DNA of 64,000 nucleotides from Monodelphis domestica (Eukaryota): NCBI RefSeq assembly GCF_027887165.1, contig NC_077230.1, positions 289,270,949 to 289,334,948 of the forward strand, read 5' to 3'. Shown piece by piece: positions 61,386 to 64,000 of this stretch (position 1 is its first letter; each line of letters starts with the position of its first letter). The notes under the pieces were generated by a model. It saw only the letters and a program-made list of their open reading frames with translations, ran no database searches and was not told where the DNA came from. The position numbers and the translations under genes were made by a program.

Positions 61386-64000
61386 GAGAAAATTAAGAAA
61401 ACCAACAGGTTGGTAGAGAAGATAGGAAAAAAAAATATTGAAGAAACTAACCTCTTTAAAAACAGAATTGACCAAACTGTAAAAGAGGCACAAAAATTCA
61501 CTTAGAGATCCAAAAGATCTGAAGAAAATAACTGTTTATTTTGGGGCAAGTGAAAACCAATGACTATGAGATCAATAAAAGAAAAACAAGAATGAAATAA
61601 AAGAAAATGTGAATATCGCATTGATAAAACAACTGACTTGGAAAATAGAGCAAGGAAAAATAATTTAAGAATTATTGGACTACGTGAAAGCTATGATCAA
61701 AAAAGAGCCTAAACATTTTTTGAGAATTATCAAGAACTGTTCTGATAATCAAGAACCAGAGGATAAAATAGAAATTGAAAGAAAAAAAATCCTACCAATC
61801 GCCTATTGAAAGAGATCCCCAAATGAAAACTCACAGGAATACTATAGCCAAACCCCATAACTCCCAGGAAAAAGAGAAAATCTAGTCTGCAGGAAGAAAG
61901 AAACAGTTCACATTATGGAGCCAGTCAGGATCACACAAAATTTAGCAGCTTCTACTTTATAGGATCAGAGGCTTGGAATATGATATTCTAGAAAGCAATG
62001 TTGCTAGGATTACAACCAAGAATATCTTTAAAAACAGTACAAAAAATGAATATTTAATGAAATAGAAAGCTTTCAAGCATTCCTTATGAAAAGATTATAG
62101 CTGAAAATAAAATCTGACTTTCAACTACATGGCTCAAGAGAAGTGTAAAAAATTAACATGATAAAGAAATGATTAGAGAATAAGGTTAAAATGCTCACAT
62201 TTCTATATTGGAAGATGATACTTGTGAGCATATCTCTGAATTGAGTGATGGGATGATTTAAAAAAAATAAGGTGTGAGAAAAATGATTGGGCAAAGGAGG
62301 AATGGAGCAGAAAAATATGGAAAATTATCTCACATAAAAGAGGCATGAAAGCTTTAACAGTGGAGGGGGAAGATGGTGGTGTGGCAGACAGTGCTTGGAA
62401 CTTACTTTCATTGGAATTGACTGAAAGAAGGAATAACATATATATTCAGTTGGGTATAGAAGTCTATCTTACTTTTAAAGGAAACTAGAAGCAAAAGGGT
62501 ATAAAAAATTGGGGGCAAACTGAAAGGAGGGAAATTACATGTAGTGGTCAAAAGTACAGCATACTTTTGAAGAAGGAACAGGATAAAAAAAGAGAAGAAT
62601 AAACAGTGGGGGTGAGGAGCATAAGATAGAGGGTAATACACAGTAATCATAATAATTTAATGGGATGAACACTCCTATATAATTGAAATGGATAGCAAAC
62701 AAAATAGAATCCTACCATATTTTATTTATAAAGAAATACACTTAAAGCAAAGAGACACACACAGAGTAAGGGTAATTGGCTGGAACTACATCTATTATGC
62801 TTCAGCTGAAGTGAAAAAAAAAGCAAGAGTATCGGTCATGACCTCAAATGAAAGAAAATTAAGATTTGACCTAATTAAAAGAGATAAACAAGGAAACATT
62901 ATTTCATTAACATGTAGCAGAGACAGTGAATTAATATCTATACCTAACATATTTATAAAATTGTACAGCATCCAAATTCTTAAAGAAAAACTTAAATCAG
63001 TTATAGTAGGAAGTAGTAAAACTATGCTAGTGGAGGGGCAGCTAGTTGGCTCAGGGCATAGAGAGCCAGGCTGGAGACAGGAGGTCCTGGGTTCAAATTT
63101 GGTCTCAGACACTTCCTAGCTGTGTGACGTTGGACAAGTCATTTAAACCTAATTTCCAATCCCTTACCACTCCTGCCTTGGTACCAATACTTAGTATTGA
63201 TTCTAAGGCAGAAGGTAATGGTAAAAAAAAAACCCTATACTAGTGGGAAATATCATCTTCTACCTGTCAGACCCAGATGAATAGAATTTTAGAAAAGTTA
63301 GGTATTTTTGCTCACTGGAGGAAATTGTTTGATAGAAAAGGGTATACTTTTTTTTCTCAGCTGTACATGACACCTTCAACAAAATTGGCTATGTATCAGG
63401 GCATAAAAACTTTATAACCAGATGCAGAAAAGCACAAATTTTGCATCTTTTTCAGGCTATAATGCAATAAAAATAATATTCAATAAAGGGCCCTGTAAAT
63501 ATAGGTTAAAAATTAATTAGAAACTAAATGGCCTAATCTTAAAGGATGAATGGATTAAAGAACAACTCAGAAAAAATATCATCACTAAAGAGAATGACAG
63601 CAACGACATTGTATACCCAAATTTGTGGGATGTAGCCAAAGTAGTACTTGGGGGGACATTTCTAATGCATTTATCAACAAAATGGAAAAAAAAACAGAAA
63701 AATAACAATTGGGCATGCAACTAAAACTAGAAAACTACACATTTAAAATCCTCAATTAAATACCAAATTGGAAATCCTAAAAATCAAAGGAGAGATTTGA
63801 AATTAAGAAAACTGTTGAACTAATAAAATTAGGAGCTGATATTATGAAAACTAAATAAAATAGATGAATCATTGGTTAACTTGGTTAAAAAAGAAATAAC
63901 AAAACCAAATTACCAGTATCCAAAATGAAAAGGGTGAATTACCCATTGGTGAAGATGAAATCAATGCTTTTTTTAATGATGAATTTGTTTAGATTTATTG
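61385..64000 (+). mobile_element. Second L1 copy starting directly at the end of the previous one: ORF1 (…LRIIGLRE…) and ORF2 endonuclease N-terminus (…HLKQRDTHRVRVIGWNYIYYASAEVKKK…), interrupted by a SINE
   Basis: The span 61600-61720 is homologous to the ORF1 regions at 27700-27850. ORF 62688..63119 gives the L1 endonuclease domain text. The element runs off the window. Confidence 0.7.
63042..63229 (+). mobile_element. tRNA-derived SINE nested inside L1 ORF2, TSD ctatRctagtgg
   Basis: The copy reads ggaggggcagctagttggctcagggcatagagagccaggctggagacaggaggtcctgggttcaaat…ggtaatggtaaaaaaaaaa, flanked by ctatgctagtgg/ctatactagtgg. Confidence 0.85.

Noticed and set aside
9044-63229. tRNA-like cloverleaf-compatible heads of the SINE copies (GGGGCAGCTGGGTGGCTCAGTGGATTGAGAGCC…GGTTCAAATC)
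   Set aside because: These are tRNA-derived SINE promoters, not tRNA genes. Each is followed by the SINE body and A-tail, and many have TSDs.
1-64000. Prokaryote-style systems (operons, CRISPR arrays, toxin-antitoxin, defence islands)
   Set aside because: The sequence is a vertebrate nuclear genome segment with spliced exons, CpG island, SINE/L1/ERV content and microsatellites. The simple repeats present have no spacer architecture, so there is no CRISPR-like array.

Overview
This is eukaryotic, not prokaryotic, sequence: a repeat-rich nuclear segment from a mammal, very probably a marsupial. I infer the marsupial origin from the dominant tRNA-derived SINE family (head GGGGCAGCTAGGTGGCTCAGTGGATTGAGAGCCAGG, tail GGTAAGGGTTT+polyA) plus MIR- and L1-type elements. 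It therefore contains no operons, CRISPR arrays or defence islands. The window carries the 5' half of the M-phase phosphoprotein 8 gene (MPHOSPH8/MPP8) on the + strand. A TATA-less CpG-island promoter with a cluster of CCAAT/ATTGG boxes lies around 4.4-5.6 kb. Exon 1 has its ATG at 4903. Ten coding exons follow, all with GT-AG introns and consistent phases. They encode the MPP8 chromodomain (exons 1-2), a Lys/Glu/Ser-rich disordered region (exon 3) and the start of the ankyrin-repeat domain (exons 8-10). The introns are packed with interspersed repeats. There are at least 14 copies of the tRNA-derived SINE, several with intact target-site duplications, and many MIR-type fragments. Several L1 pieces are present: 5'UTR/ORF1 fragments, 3' ends, and a composite L1 cluster after exon 10. 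The most notable element is an ~11.3 kb heavily degraded gammaretrovirus-like endogenous provirus lying antisense in intron 5. It shows gag CA-MHR, RT, RNase H and integrase remnants, is bracketed by ~290-bp direct repeats that look like LTR remnants, and has been secondarily invaded by an L1 tail, a SINE, an AT-rich block and a GC-rich tandem repeat. Simple repeats include (CA)n, (TG)n, (TACA)n and (GACT)n. The gene call, the ERV and the repeat architecture are the supported content. Nothing in the sequence suggests a novel cellular system beyond these.
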